Below, piece by piece: positions 39,670 to 51,729 of a stretch of DNA of 64,000 nt (positions are counted from its first letter, which is position 1; every line of letters starts with the position of its first letter). The notes beneath the pieces were generated by a model, which was not told the origin of the DNA, ran no database searches, and was given only the letters and a program-made list of their open reading frames with translations. The translations under genes were made by a program, and so were the position numbers. The stretch spans positions 682,001 through 746,000 of the forward strand of contig JALDTO010000251.1 in the NCBI GenBank assembly GCA_023515725.1, read 5' to 3'. This DNA comes from Amoeboaphelidium protococcarum X5 (lineage: Eukaryota; Fungi; Aphelidiomycota).

Positions 39670-40860
39670 TCACACGGTGCTAACCTGATTAGTTTTAGCC
39701 ATCTCAGGGCTGTTGACAATGCCATCCTGCTCAACGACAGATCGCTTTGCCAACTCGCCGTCGCTCTTCTGGACGCGATCGAGATTCTCCTGTTTACGCT
39801 GCGATGGATCGACATCTCGGATTCCAGCAGAGGCAACTTCAGCAAGCTCCTTCTCGATTGCCTCAATATTTGACTTTCTGATACGGAAGACGAATCCGGT
39901 GTCATAATCCTTTTTATTCACCAATTCAAACAGCACCGCTGGAATTATGGGTGGAAAGGCGAGGCAGATTGCAATTCTCAGAGACTTGGAACATCCCTCA
40001 CCAAAGAACATTCCCTTGTACGCCTTTGGAATGTGCTCGACAAATTCATCGTTAGTTATGCGCACGCTCAGATGATCAAACTCGTCACCAAATTTGTCTT
40101 TTATTGACTGGCAGACAGCCTTCAACTTGCTGGATGCCACGTACTTGTAGATGTTCAGTGACTTGTGCTTATGTCTCATATCCAGATGATAGTTACCAAT
40201 TGACTCGGGATTATAGATCAGATAGTCAGTATCAATGAACTTGGAGATATCGACGCGCAGATCCATAACCTTCTTTCGCTTCTGGCTAGCCTTGTTGTTG
40301 GTGCTATTTTCATCATGAGACATCACTGACATATCAGCCTGCGTTGGTGCAGCCTCGCCATCTCTCGAGTAACGGAACCCAATTATACGGATGTACAGCT
40401 TGGGAGGAGTCACATATATTTGAGAATCAATAATAGCCTGCTTAATTGACAGCAGCTCAGGAGTAGTGTCCAGTTGGCGATTAGTCACAATGTTAGTGTT
40501 AGGTGTGCGGAATACGCTAGGTGCAGTGGGAGGGAAAGCTGGCCTGGCCTTGAGCATATCTTCAATATTCGCCGTGTGATCAGACTTGGAAGCTCTTGTG
40601 TACTCATCACTATTGAAACGAATCTTGGGCGAAGCTGGTTTTAGCTCAGCATCTGGAGTGGAAGCAGCTGTATCAGAAGCTTTATCTCCCAAAGCATTGG
40701 ATTTAGGGATAAACGGACTATCGGATGATGCAGTATTCACAGAAGGGGAAACGTTATTACTCGGCATACCATTAGACATCTTAAGGTCACGCATCGCTGC
40801 GCTATCAGAGGATATGTCAATGGCAGGTGGCAGCGGCAATTCGTCAATATGAAGCTTCAT
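39670..40860 (-). CDS. Hypothetical protein, 396 aa (disordered N-terminus, one late hydrophobic segment)
   Basis: ATG to TGA and open even in the standard code. No family recognised with confidence. Confidence 0.8.
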   Translation of the reverse strand: MKLHIDELPLPPAIDISSDSAAMRDLKMSNGMPSNNVSPSVNTASSDSPFIPKSNALGDKASDTAASTPDAELKPASPKIRFNSDEYTRASKSDHTANIEDMLKARPAFPPTAPSVFRTPNTNIVTNRQLDTTPELLSIKQAIIDSQIYVTPPKLYIRIIGFRYSRDGEAAPTQADMSVMSHDENSTNNKASQKRKKVMDLRVDISKFIDTDYLIYNPESIGNYHLDMRHKHKSLNIYKYVASSKLKAVCQSIKDKFGDEFDHLSVRITNDEFVEHIPKAYKGMFFGEGCSKSLRIAICLAFPPIIPAVLFELVNKKDYDTGFVFRIRKSNIEAIEKELAEVASAGIRDVDPSQRKQENLDRVQKSDGELAKRSVVEQDGIVNSPEMAKTNQVSTV

Positions 40861-41327
40861 AGTGTGCGATTGGTCAAATGTGCAGAGATATTACCGAGAA
40901 TTCTCACAGTTAAGATTATCTGTAAGCTAAAGAATGTGCAAGCAGTAATAGGCGGTTGACAAGGAGAGCTAAATAATGTGGGAATAAAGCATGACAATAG
41001 CCTTTCATGCCTTTGTTGTCTGGCTGATTTTGGCCCAGATCCGACAAAGTCTAAAAATAGCCTTTTATGCCAACTGAGTTTAGATCGCTAAGTCTCTGTG
41101 AATCTGCACTTGTCAACCAGTATTTCAGGGATTGTCAAAACAATCTGGATTCTACTGTTTGGTAACTGGTATCAAATTTTTGACGGAAATTAGTCCAAGC
41201 GACTAATACCACAACATTTGTAATAGATATACAATTTCCGGCACCAAAAACGGCATCAGACGACTATTCAAGGGGTGTCAAGTGTAATAACGTATAATAA
41301 ACTTACGTCACGAAACTATCGATATAT

Positions 41328-44171
41328 TCATTACTACAATACGTTCTTAATTACTAAATATCTCTCATGATGCTGCATAAGTAATTGTTTGAGCTTTTAA
41401 GCCCCATTTTGCTCGCCATTCTTCTGTGCCTCATCCAGTTATTACTTCAGCTCCACAATCTTCTTCTTCACTTCATGCTTCTCAGCCTTGAGATCTTCAA
41501 CGTTGACTTGCACTGCTCTTTTCACTTTTGCCTGTTCTTTCAACGATAAAGTATCATTATACTTTTGCATCAACGGATTTCTCTTACGCTCAATCGTTTG
41601 GAAAGGAGTAAGCGGAGAGCTGAGCTCATCGACTTGGTATTAAAGTTGATCGCGGTAATTCAACTACTACTGTCTCTGCTATTTGCTTAGGAACGCTTTC
41701 AGCGACCGGTACTAATAGAGCAATGCCTTAAATTTTCCCAACTCTTCAGCGTAGTACTATCGCCTGAGATCATGCTCATTAGATGTAAGCTATTGATCAA
41801 CTAGTTGTAGTGCATCCTTGATGAGCCGCAAATACCGCTAGTACTTTGCCAATACTGGTCGCGCAATGTCGAGACGTTCCTAATACAATTACAAATCACG
41901 TTATGTAAAATGAGCGGAGTACTTTAAGCTTGGCAATTTCTCCACCAAATCAATAACTTCCTCAAAATCTTCGTCCTTAATCATTTGCTCTTTACCAACA
42001 CCAGGCGTTGATGGACTAAACAAAGCATTTCTCTCACCACCTTAGCTCTGCTTCCTTCTGCTTAAAGTAGCTGATCTCGGTCTATCGCCCGACTCTCCAC
42101 CAAATACTTCAGCAGATTTAGAGTTCTGACGCGCTTTAGATTCAGAGGAGCGAGGGAACGATTAAGTTGAGTAATTATCCAATATATCATCATACTCTGA
42201 TGGACGAGCTGCAGATTAAATCGGGCTTCTCAGCGTCTTAACAGTAGCCTACTGCTACGGCCTCTAATCTTCCTAAAAAGACGATTATTTATATCTACTA
42301 TTGTTAAGACTATCTGTTGCCTGCACATTACGCTAATCTCTCATTGGACTCTACTGCTTGATTAAACTATCTAGCTCCCGAAGCTTTTTCATCTTCTCAT
42401 TCAATTGAGTTTTCACTTGTAGGACTTGCCTGGATGAGCTGTCGGTCCTAGATTACAATTCCTCGTCCCATTTATCTTATTCCACCGACTAAATAGCATC
42501 GGCATCATCACTAGATTCATATAATGGATCGGACGCTGCTACTGTGGACCTTATCTCTTGCTTGTCCTGGCTAAATCTGACAGATTTACCAGCAGGCTTT
42601 GTCGTTAATATACTGCTAGTATTTTCAGTAGAGCCCTGATTTTTGGAAGGTCTCTTCAAGTAACTTTGACTTTCAATAACTACGCGCTCTTCCGCTTAAT
42701 TCTAAGCACCGATACTAGGAGCACGACGACGTTGAGGTCCTTTCACACGAGACTTGGTCACTGACGATAATATGCCGGTATCTTTCAAGTCTTTTACTTT
42801 CCCCTTTCCTCCATCTTGGACCAATAAATCTTGCAAATCCAAATTCGACTTGGACTGCGATATAGCGTTGAGACCGACCTTGGCCAGCACGTCATCCCTT
42901 TGTTCAGTACCAGCGACAGCACTCTTTTACGTCAACAAAGCCTTCTACATCGTCTTCTTAAATCCCTTATTAAACTTGACGGATTAGAACTTTTCCGTTA
43001 GTTCCGACTCATCCTAAGGAGATAGCATCATCTGACTTTAAACTTTATTCACGTCATCAGCTTTGTTATAACTCTTCTTCTGGTCAAGCTGCATTTGCAT
43101 ATCATTCTGCGACTCATTAAAATCATCAACACGTTTAATACTATTGTTATTACTAACAACAGATTTGCTATTAGAAGACTTTGCCGGATTTACAGAGCTA
43201 CTGATAAGAGCAGAAAAGTTGTCACCATGAAATAGATTAATCTCCTACGGTGTTAGATCGACTTCAAATACGCGATCACCCTCGTCATCAGAATTTGCTC
43301 TACCAAACAGCGATTCAAAGTGCAGTACCAAAGTATTCAGAACTTGACTCAGTTTAACAAAATCCATCATTGCGCCAGAACTTTCGCCCGTTGTCGATAG
43401 TTTGCTTTAATTAGCCAGTAGATTGTCATTAAGAGATTCATTAGAACCACCAAATTACGAAGCAATCGCAGTCTTTGATTACTCAAACAAATTCGGAGAG
43501 AATAGCAATATTAAGTTGGCAATCGCCATCTTACTAAAGACTGAGAATGAAGACATCCTCTTCATAAAGATGATAATATACCGCAGACAGTCCTTACTCT
43601 ACAAAGGCATAGCATTCAAAACTGATCGAACAGAGGTTAGCGCCCGCTAAAGATCTGAAGTTTTAGGAGTAGAAGCTTTAGAGGGTTGTTGTACAGAAAT
43701 AAGCTACTGACATGATTCAAATAGTTTAGACTAAAATTCAATAGCCACCACACCGCCTCTGATCTCTCGCAAAAAGTGTTTCAGCACTGTGGCGACAACG
43801 TGCGGATCAGCGAATTCATTGTTTGAGACTTGCAGAGCTTTCTAAAGGGAGAGAATGTTCACTGGGGAATGGAGATATGCATCCACAATCTTGGATTTTA
43901 AATTATTCACATCTTATGAGCCGCCAGATATTCGCAGAATGCCCTCAGTCTTGGCAACATCTTTTCTACTTAAATGTTCACACAGGGCAATCAGAATAAT
44001 AGGAACATCGTAATGGTTATGTTTTGCCTTATCCATGAATATATACTCTTCCAGCGAGAGGCCAAACACCTCTTTATATCTTGAAGATTCGGACGCATTA
44101 GATTTACTAGAAGATGATCCTTTCGAGCCTTTGACCCATTTGGACACCATACTCAGCTATTTTGATGACAT
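41328..44171 (-). CDS. RhoGAP domain protein with long disordered/coiled-coil C-terminus, about 947 aa
   Basis: VFGLSLEE, VPIILIALCEHL, KTEGILRISG, DPHVVATVLKHFLREI, NLNIAILSEF-region near 43500-43560. The frame is consistent to TGA at 41328. Confidence 0.85.
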
Positions 44172-44371
44172 TTTCTATCTCTATATTTTTTTGAAATTAC
44201 AATCAGTTAAAACAATTATTTGAGCTGATTTTGATCCTCTTTGCAAAATTCTTCAATTCAGAAAAGATCAAAATCTCCATCTTGTCCTTGTTAGTTGTTC
44301 ACCTAATACCAAACCGTCCTTAGCAACCGCGAATTAATCCGTTCTACAGTAGCTTTAGACAGACAATTGAG

Positions 44372-44920
44372 ATGATGACTGTGAATGCAGAGAGAATATC
44401 CCACTTTGATGAGGAATCTAATGGACAGGCAGTAGATGATTAGTATGCTCATCTGTCGAGCGACGAGCGGACTTTAGCTAGAATGTTGCCTGCGGTGAAT
44501 TGGGTCGATGTTCTCTAAGAGTATAAGAAACGATAATCTTTACGTGATGGTAATATGGATAGTAGAGGATAGTCTGTAAATTACTCCAAAAAGATGCCTC
44601 ATGCAGTTCTTTCTCAGTTATCGCAGTAGCTGATGTAAATGTACGCGCAAGTTGAATCGCTGTAGTAATTGATGCGCATTCTAGTCAGAACTGATGTTGA
44701 TGCAATTCAAAAGTAGATACCTCTCGGAGAATGTATAAATGATGGACCGCACTACATTAGATTAGTGCAAATTCAAGAGTAGAAAGATAAATAGTAAGAT
44801 GCAGAGAGTCGCTAGCTCTCACATTTAACCGTGGTCGGTGATGCATTCGTAGAAGCTTCGGAGAGATTAAAAGAAGCCGCCCAATCGCTTCGATAGTCTG
44901 CCGTTTCATCATCCTAGTGA
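44372..44920 (+). CDS. Hypothetical helical/coiled-coil protein, 182 aa
   Basis: Open ATG44372-TGA44920 only under UAR=Gln: MMTVNAERISHF..LSQLSQQLMQMYAQVESLQQLMRILV..AFVEASERLKEAAQSLRQ. Invisible in the supplied ORF track. Confidence 0.7.
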
Positions 44921-45211
44921 TATGCTTGTATATATATGATAGCTGATTATAGTCAACTTATTTTTCATTATGAGTCAATTAGATACATAATACTACAAAA
45001 TTGAAATTTTTGAGCTTTTTGTAACATAGTCAGTCACTAAGCCAATAAAAGAACAAAATTCGTAAAGATCGCCCGTCATCTGGAAAAGATCAAAGATCGA
45101 TCAAACGAGCGCCCACAGCAACAGCACTGAAAGTATGACCATTTTCAACCGCTTGCTTTATCGGCGATAAAAACTGAAAAATCATATAGCGTGACGTAGA
45201 ACACATCCATA

Positions 45212-46082
45212 ATGGTAAGACTCTTAAAATGAACGATTTTAATATATATTTTAAATGTGTTTAATATCCATGTAGCAATAAAGTCTAGATTTATACAACC
45301 CAGAAGGATTGAGGATCGATGGAAGGCGGGGAGATGAGTTGAGAAATTGCTCCCTTCGGATGGGAGTTCATCAGCATTGTGATGGGTCTGCACTGATAGA
45401 AATGGGAAACACGAAGTTATTTTCTATAGTACGTGGACCTTAGGAATCCAGTGCCAAAGATACTGGTGATCGATGCAGAATCGTGTGTGATATCAAACTG
45501 GCTCCATTCTCCAGTACGGCCATGGAACGCAAAAGATAGATGAAATTCGATAAACGCCTGGAAGAGATTGCATCTACAGTATCACTGTGCTTCTCTGAAG
45601 TTGTTCATACACAGTTGTTCCCAAGATCTGATATTGTGATTGAGATACAGGTAGTCTCTGCTGATGGTGGTCTCTTATCTGCTGCTATCAACGCCACTTC
45701 AATGGCTCTGATTGATGCCGGTATCGCAATGACAGATTACATCTGTTCCACGGTGGCGGGCATTGTTCGCGACTAGCCTATAGTGGATCTTAATAATTAT
45801 GAGGAGTCGGCGAGTTATGATGTACCGCGTCTCACCGTTGCCATCTTGCCGCATAAGATTGAGCGTGGATCTGGTATGCCGCGCGTCGTTCTGCTGACGG
45901 CCGAGTCGCGAATCCACATCAACAAGTTTCGTCAGATCAATCAGCTCGCCATTGAAGGTGCGATGAAAATGAGGCCCTTGATGGATCACATTGTAAAAAA
46001 GAGAGTACTGGAGCGTTTTAATAGTAGCAGTGGTGATATTAGACGTGAAGATTCGCCGTCCATGGAAGTTGATTCTTCCTGA
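45212..46082 (+). CDS. RRP41: Exosome subunit Rrp41/Ski6 (EXOSC4). The first coding exon is the ATG alone (intron 45215-45275).
   Basis: PEGLRIDGRRGDELR, DGSALIEMGNTK, APFSST..ERK, LFPRSDIVIEIQVVSADGG..AAINATSMALIDAGIAM, DLNNYEE. Confidence 0.93.
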
Positions 46083-46356
46083 GTGTCATGTGGCTATTGA
46101 ATAGATATTTCGAATCTTTGAATTCACTTTCTGTTTACTATTTCTATATTTTGTCTTCATTTTAATTATCTTTGAGTTAACGAGTTCCCAATTTTTAATC
46201 TATAATATACACGCGTAAATGGGAAGTGTGGCGGGATTTACTGCGCTTTTGGCTGAGCCGTTGTCGGTTTAGAATTTCGGTGTTTCAAGCTTTCGGGCCG
46301 TTCAGATAATCGATTGAGAGACTATAAAGCAGCGTTTGTATAGCCTTTTAATTATT

Positions 46357-47772
46357 ATGCTACAAAGTGCTCGGCAGAGATTTTGGATTAGTTAGCGCAG
46401 TGTTAGGCGGGTCTTGGTGCTAATTGCATTCTTATACAGTATCCACCTACTATTGTCAATGCGAAGAGACTACAAGATGAGGAATGCAAAGTATCTTAGT
46501 GTACTGGATCCTCGTGCTATTAAAAGTATAAATAGAGTAAATTTGGACTTTTCATCTGGTGCTTACAGCGAGTATACCTCAGAGGACAGACGAGAAATTG
46601 GGCATTAGTTGGAATTGTCTGAACACTGTCGCTTCGGTTGTTCATACTTTAATCCAACCGTAATTAGATACGCTAAAGATATTTGGCTTGTCGCTGTAAG
46701 AGAATCCCAGGATTCTAATTGTGGTGGTCCCATAGGAACGTGGTTGTCTATGGCAAAGAAGGCGCGGAGTAAAGTGAGCTCAGTCGTTGTTGGCCAAGTA
46801 ATTGGATCAGTGCCTGAATTTAACAGAGGATCTCTTGAAAGTGGACGAGATTAACACATCAAAGTGCGGCCATTAGCGAGATTATAAGAGGCTGATCGAA
46901 GGACGTGGTAGACTAAATATTTTGGCCATGAAGATCCTCGATGGGTAGTCGATTAGGGATTCTAAGAAGATGGGTGGCTGAATACATTTATAATTTCTCC
47001 ATTTGAGAAATACGGAGAGGCTCGGATGCATCTCACCAAGATTGATGTAATTCAGAGGGATTAAACAGGCGACAACAATGTCGATAACTCTTAAAAAAGT
47101 GTAATATTGAAATCAAGAGAGCCGCTTCTGTTGTGGCCATTTGAAGGGGAACCAATGAAATAGAAGAATTGGCTTCACATGCCCGTCCATAATCTCAAGT
47201 GGGAAAATGTTTGCTGGAACTGGAGATTTAAAGATGTTGCACGCGATAAGAATCTTCTCTTTGTGTATAGTCTTGCCCCATTGGTACTCATGTGGGTGGA
47301 TACCATAACCGGCAACTCGACAATGATGTTCCGCAACCACCTGCTGTATCATGACTTGGGCTTAGGCGATCGACTGTTGGGATCCTCAGCGCTAATTCCA
47401 CTCCAAGCTGATGATGACATTTACCGCTAGGATGGCGAAGTTGCCTCCTGGTTGGCCATGGCTCATTGGCATCTGCTCACACAAAAGAGCCTAGTCTATG
47501 TCTCTCACTTTGTAAGAATATCAATGTATACCCAAATTAACGCGGAAGACGGGACGACAGATTACAACTGGCGTCTCAGCCATATGTCGCGGCACTTCAC
47601 TTTACCGTATGGTAGCGACAGCCGTCTATCTCACTCAATCTCGTACCCAACCACGCTTCAAGATGGTGGGGACGTATTCTATATAAGCGTCGGCGACTCT
47701 GATTGTGAATCTTTGCTATTCACTATGGATAAACGATATGTGATGAATATGCTGTATAAAGTTTAAATTTGA
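46357..47772 (+). CDS. Type II membrane five-bladed beta-propeller glyco-enzyme (GT91 Bmt / GH130-like), paralog A, 471 aa
   Basis: N-terminal TM, YFNPTVI..WLVAVRES, GHEDPRW, QKNW, FVYSLAPL, LLGSSALI, ISYPTTL..YISVGDSDC. Confidence 0.7.
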
Positions 47773-47914
47773 CTTCATTTTTGTAACGAGTAATGCGTTT
47801 TGTAATCTCTTTAATTGTTGTTGAAACTCTTCTTCTTCGTCTCTTTACTTACAATATCTTTTGAACTTAACAATTATTAACGTAGTTCCTTATTAAAATT
47901 CCATCAATAAATTG

Positions 47915-49441
47915 ATGATTCTGAGGCGTGTTATGCGGTTACTTCGAAATAAAAGACATCCGTGTAATCTAATATTGCTCATAGTCTTTGCAGTTTCCGT
48001 ATATGCTCTGAGTTTTGTGTATCATCTGTATGCAGCGTTCAACCTCTAATTATTCATCAAGGATGACAAGTTTTTGTAAAGTATTCATTCTATACAAGAG
48101 TTACAGTTTAGCTATCCAGCAGATTATGAAGTGGATTTAGATTTATAGACTGCCAAATCTTATTGTAAAAGTGCATGCACCTATTGGAATCCAACGATAA
48201 CGCACTGGAATGGCCTCTGGTTAATCGCGGTGAGAGAATCGTCGCGTTCTCAGTGCGGCGGCGTTATTGGCACAGTGTCGAGCCTGATGAAAATGCTCCG
48301 ACCTGCCGAGTCTTCTATAGTCATTGGTTTTATAAATGCATCTTAGATGAAAGAGCGATAGTTATAATAATAGTAGAAGACGTTGTATTATGAGATATAG
48401 ATTATGTATAGATTGCCAGATTTTGAAATTCCAGATCTTGGTGCGTATCACACTGGGTAGGAGGATCCGCGATGGATTGTAGCTCATCCGCACATTAAAG
48501 ATGTCAGCACTGGTACTAAGAATTAAAATGCAAGAGATGGTAGTGCTATCTCTTAGAAGAGATTATTTCTTTTGTCTAGCAGTGAACGATGGGGAAAACC
48601 GCGATTGTTTTTACGATAAATCCAGGTTGGAAATTTAACAGCTAGATCAGATTATGCCTCTCAAAAGACGGGTGATGATGACATATCGTCTTCCGATTAC
48701 TTTAAAGGAGTAGAATTAAGATTTTTGGGCACCAGCTAATTGAGTCCACGGTGGAAAGATGCGCCTTATAAGTAAAAGAATTGGATGTATGTTCCGATTG
48801 ATATGTCCACCGCGTCCAATAGAGAGTACTTTCGAATAGCTGAAGGACTGGATGGACTTGTGTTTCTGTACTTGGTTCATCCTCTCAAGTTAGTTTTCGT
48901 CGATACTTTTAGCGGTAATAGCTTTGCACTCGAATATGAAGATGATCACATCCATATGAGGTAATTACCGCCAATAATACAGTTGAGGTCCGGCTCTCTC
49001 GACTTGTCAACTCTTCGAGGATCTTCTGCCTTTATAGACCTCCGTGATGTGCCCAAATTCGCGTCTTTTCGTGAATCTCCTACAGAGTAATCTTATCTGG
49101 CTATCGTTCACTCTGTCGCTCAGCACTAATCATCTCTAGATGCTCTCCATGTGGGCGTTTATCAGAACTACTTTATACGCCTCTGCTTTGACCGTTATCG
49201 TCTTAAAGATGGTCGTGGTCAGTTTTGGATATCTCATATATCTGATAGTTTTACCATGCCGCAGTCAGAATAGTATCCAACCGTGTCTCCGCGAATAAAT
49301 TATCCTACATCGCTGGTGTATGATATTGAAGAGGATGTGTTTATAATTCCTTATGGTGTGATGGATTGTCAGTCTCTGGTATTAAAGCTAAAGTCTGACT
49401 TTGTACTATAGTCTTTACAACACATTGATTACAGTTCATGA
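47915..49441 (+). CDS. Type II membrane five-bladed beta-propeller glyco-enzyme (GT91 Bmt / GH130-like), paralog B, 508 aa
   Basis: N-terminal TM, YWNPTI..WLIAVRES..CGG.IGT, GQEDPRW, KQKNW, FLYLVHPL, LRGSSAFI, INYPTSL..IPYGVMDC. Colinear with paralog A. Confidence 0.7.
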
Positions 49442-49590
49442 TAATAACTGAAGCTGATTATTTTGTGAGAATCAATTTTGTTGTGATATTTACTGAATGA
49501 ATTACATAATTTAACGTCTACTTTCGTCTATATTGTCATCATTGTTATCAAGTTTACTTCTTCGGTATGTAGTTCTACTAAGTGCATCAA

Positions 49591-51045
49591 TCAAATGACC
49601 AGTTGGTGTAAGTTTTCGTAACTTCTGTTGGATGGAGTGGTATCAGGGGAGGATCCAAATCCACTAGTGGCCATTGATGATTGTGATTATCTACGGTGCA
49701 CATCTTGTTAACCGCTTGCAAGAGTATTATCCACATCAACAAATTGTGCATTACTCCTCTCAGCGTTCAATCCCTCCATAACTTCAGGTAGAAGATCCAC
49801 TTCTTCTCCGGTCAGTTCGCGTGGAATAGAAAGAGCTTGCTTTGCATTCTACTAAATCCATGGATGATTCAATGCCTCATCTGCGGTCATTCGAGTATCC
49901 GGGTCCAAAGTTAGACATTTCATTAGGAAATCCTGAGCTTCTGGCGCCAAACGCTTCCACACGCCATCTTTGAAGTCTAGCGGATTGTTCAAGATTGCTT
50001 GCAACTCGGAAGAGTATGAACCATTTCCACGCCAAGGCATTTGACCACACAGCAGGATGTAAGTGATAGTGGCAATACTCCAAATGTCGGCCGGCTTACC
50101 GTACGGTCTCTCCATTAGCACTTCTACCGCCATGTACCCGGGACTTCCCACCACAGTCTATAGGAACCGCTTACTATCGGAAAGGATTGCAGATATTCCG
50201 AAGTCTCCAACGACAAGACTCTCAAAATCCTGATGCTCCGGATCGCGCAAAAATATATTCTCTGGTTTTATATCGCGATGAACAATGTCATGATCATGCA
50301 GGCACTTGATAGCATCCAGAATAGCAAAAGTGATCGTCGCGGCATCATACTCATAGAATTAACGACGCTGGATGATCACATCAAACAGCTCCCCACCAGA
50401 TGCCAACTCAGTCACAATGTACACGCGAGATTACCCAAATCCCCAGTCCAACAGAGCCAATAAATTCAAATGCCTCGCCTTCATCAGAATTTGCAACTCA
50501 TTGCGCAGTCTCGCTTCTCTGTTGCGAACCTTGTCTTTGGGAATCAACTTGATTGCGACGTGAGTATCCGTGGCCAAGTGAATCGCCTCCTTTACACTAC
50601 CGTACGTGCCTTGACCGAGTGACTTTACAAACTTATACTGATCCTTCCGGAATGCATTCTCGGTATCTTCTGCACCGCTATTTATAATCTGGTCCTTAAA
50701 CGTTCCCAACTCTGGCAGATCTGCCATATCAGGACGCAGCACAGGGCTTTATGGACGTTGATACGACGGCGCTCCTTGTTTCGGCTGATTTAGAGATTTT
50801 GCAGATGATGATGATGCTTTGGATGAAGACAGTGATTTAGCAGAAGACTTGGCTGATTTTTAATCCCCATTATTTTTAGTACCACGTGTACTATGAGGCT
50901 TAAGAGATGCTGTGGATTAAACTGCAGTTGTTTGACTTCCACTATTATTACCATTTTAACCAGACACAGCACTTTCCTGATGCAATTACTTTTGCTGCTC
51001 AACATTTCCACCAACACCGAAAATCTGTTTCAATGCCTTTTTCAT
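49591..51045 (-). CDS. CaMK-group Ser/Thr kinase (fungal Cmk/CaMKI-like), 484 aa
   Basis: LGQGTYGSVK, VAIKLIPK, ELASGGELFD, IVHRDIKPENI, GDFG, VGSPGYMAVE, YGKPADIWS, RMTADEALNHPWI. Confidence 0.93.
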
Positions 51046-51729
51046 AACGCTTCTAAAGTATAATTTTTCGAGAGACACTATGAAGATTATATAACTTGGT
51101 TGTGAAATCGTAGCTTAATTTATTTGAATATCGAGAGTACCAAGTCTATCTAAATGTAAACTGATAGCAAGCACATCAAATTTATTATTAGCACAATGAG
51201 CTTCATTGATTTACAGACTGATTGACTAACGACTACTCGAAGCGCGTTTCCAAGCAATCTACTTATCATTATTATAGATAGACATTGGCAGCGATCATTT
51301 CATTATGTCCCATAAATGTTCGATTCAATTTTGCAGATTTAATATATAGTAGTACGTGTAAGTATGCTTAATAAAATTTTAATCGAGACTCGTTCTATAC
51401 CTTCGTTCTGATACTAAACGCGATTTTTCATCACATAATACAGCAGACAATTCGCAAAGATTAATAGAACATTAGCGGAATGTAAAGCTGACAGTATAAA
51501 ATCTATGTTGGACATAAAATGTAAACTTTACAGACTTGTTTACTCTAGTGTATGATCTGATCACAATCCGAGTTGCTGATCATCAACCTTTTCGTTTCAA
51601 CTTTTCTGTTTCATCAATTTTGTTCCAATTGCTAAACCAACATCACTCACTCACCCATTTTATCATCCCAGTCACAAATATAAAGTCATTTATCGATTGA
51701 GACTTTAGATTTTAAAAAATAGTATAATC

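Noticed and set aside
44268-45027. Multi-exon minus-strand gene or upstream RhoGAP exons
   Set aside because: The long open frames are the antisense shadow of the cleaner plus-strand gene 44372-44920, and the splice phases were inconsistent.
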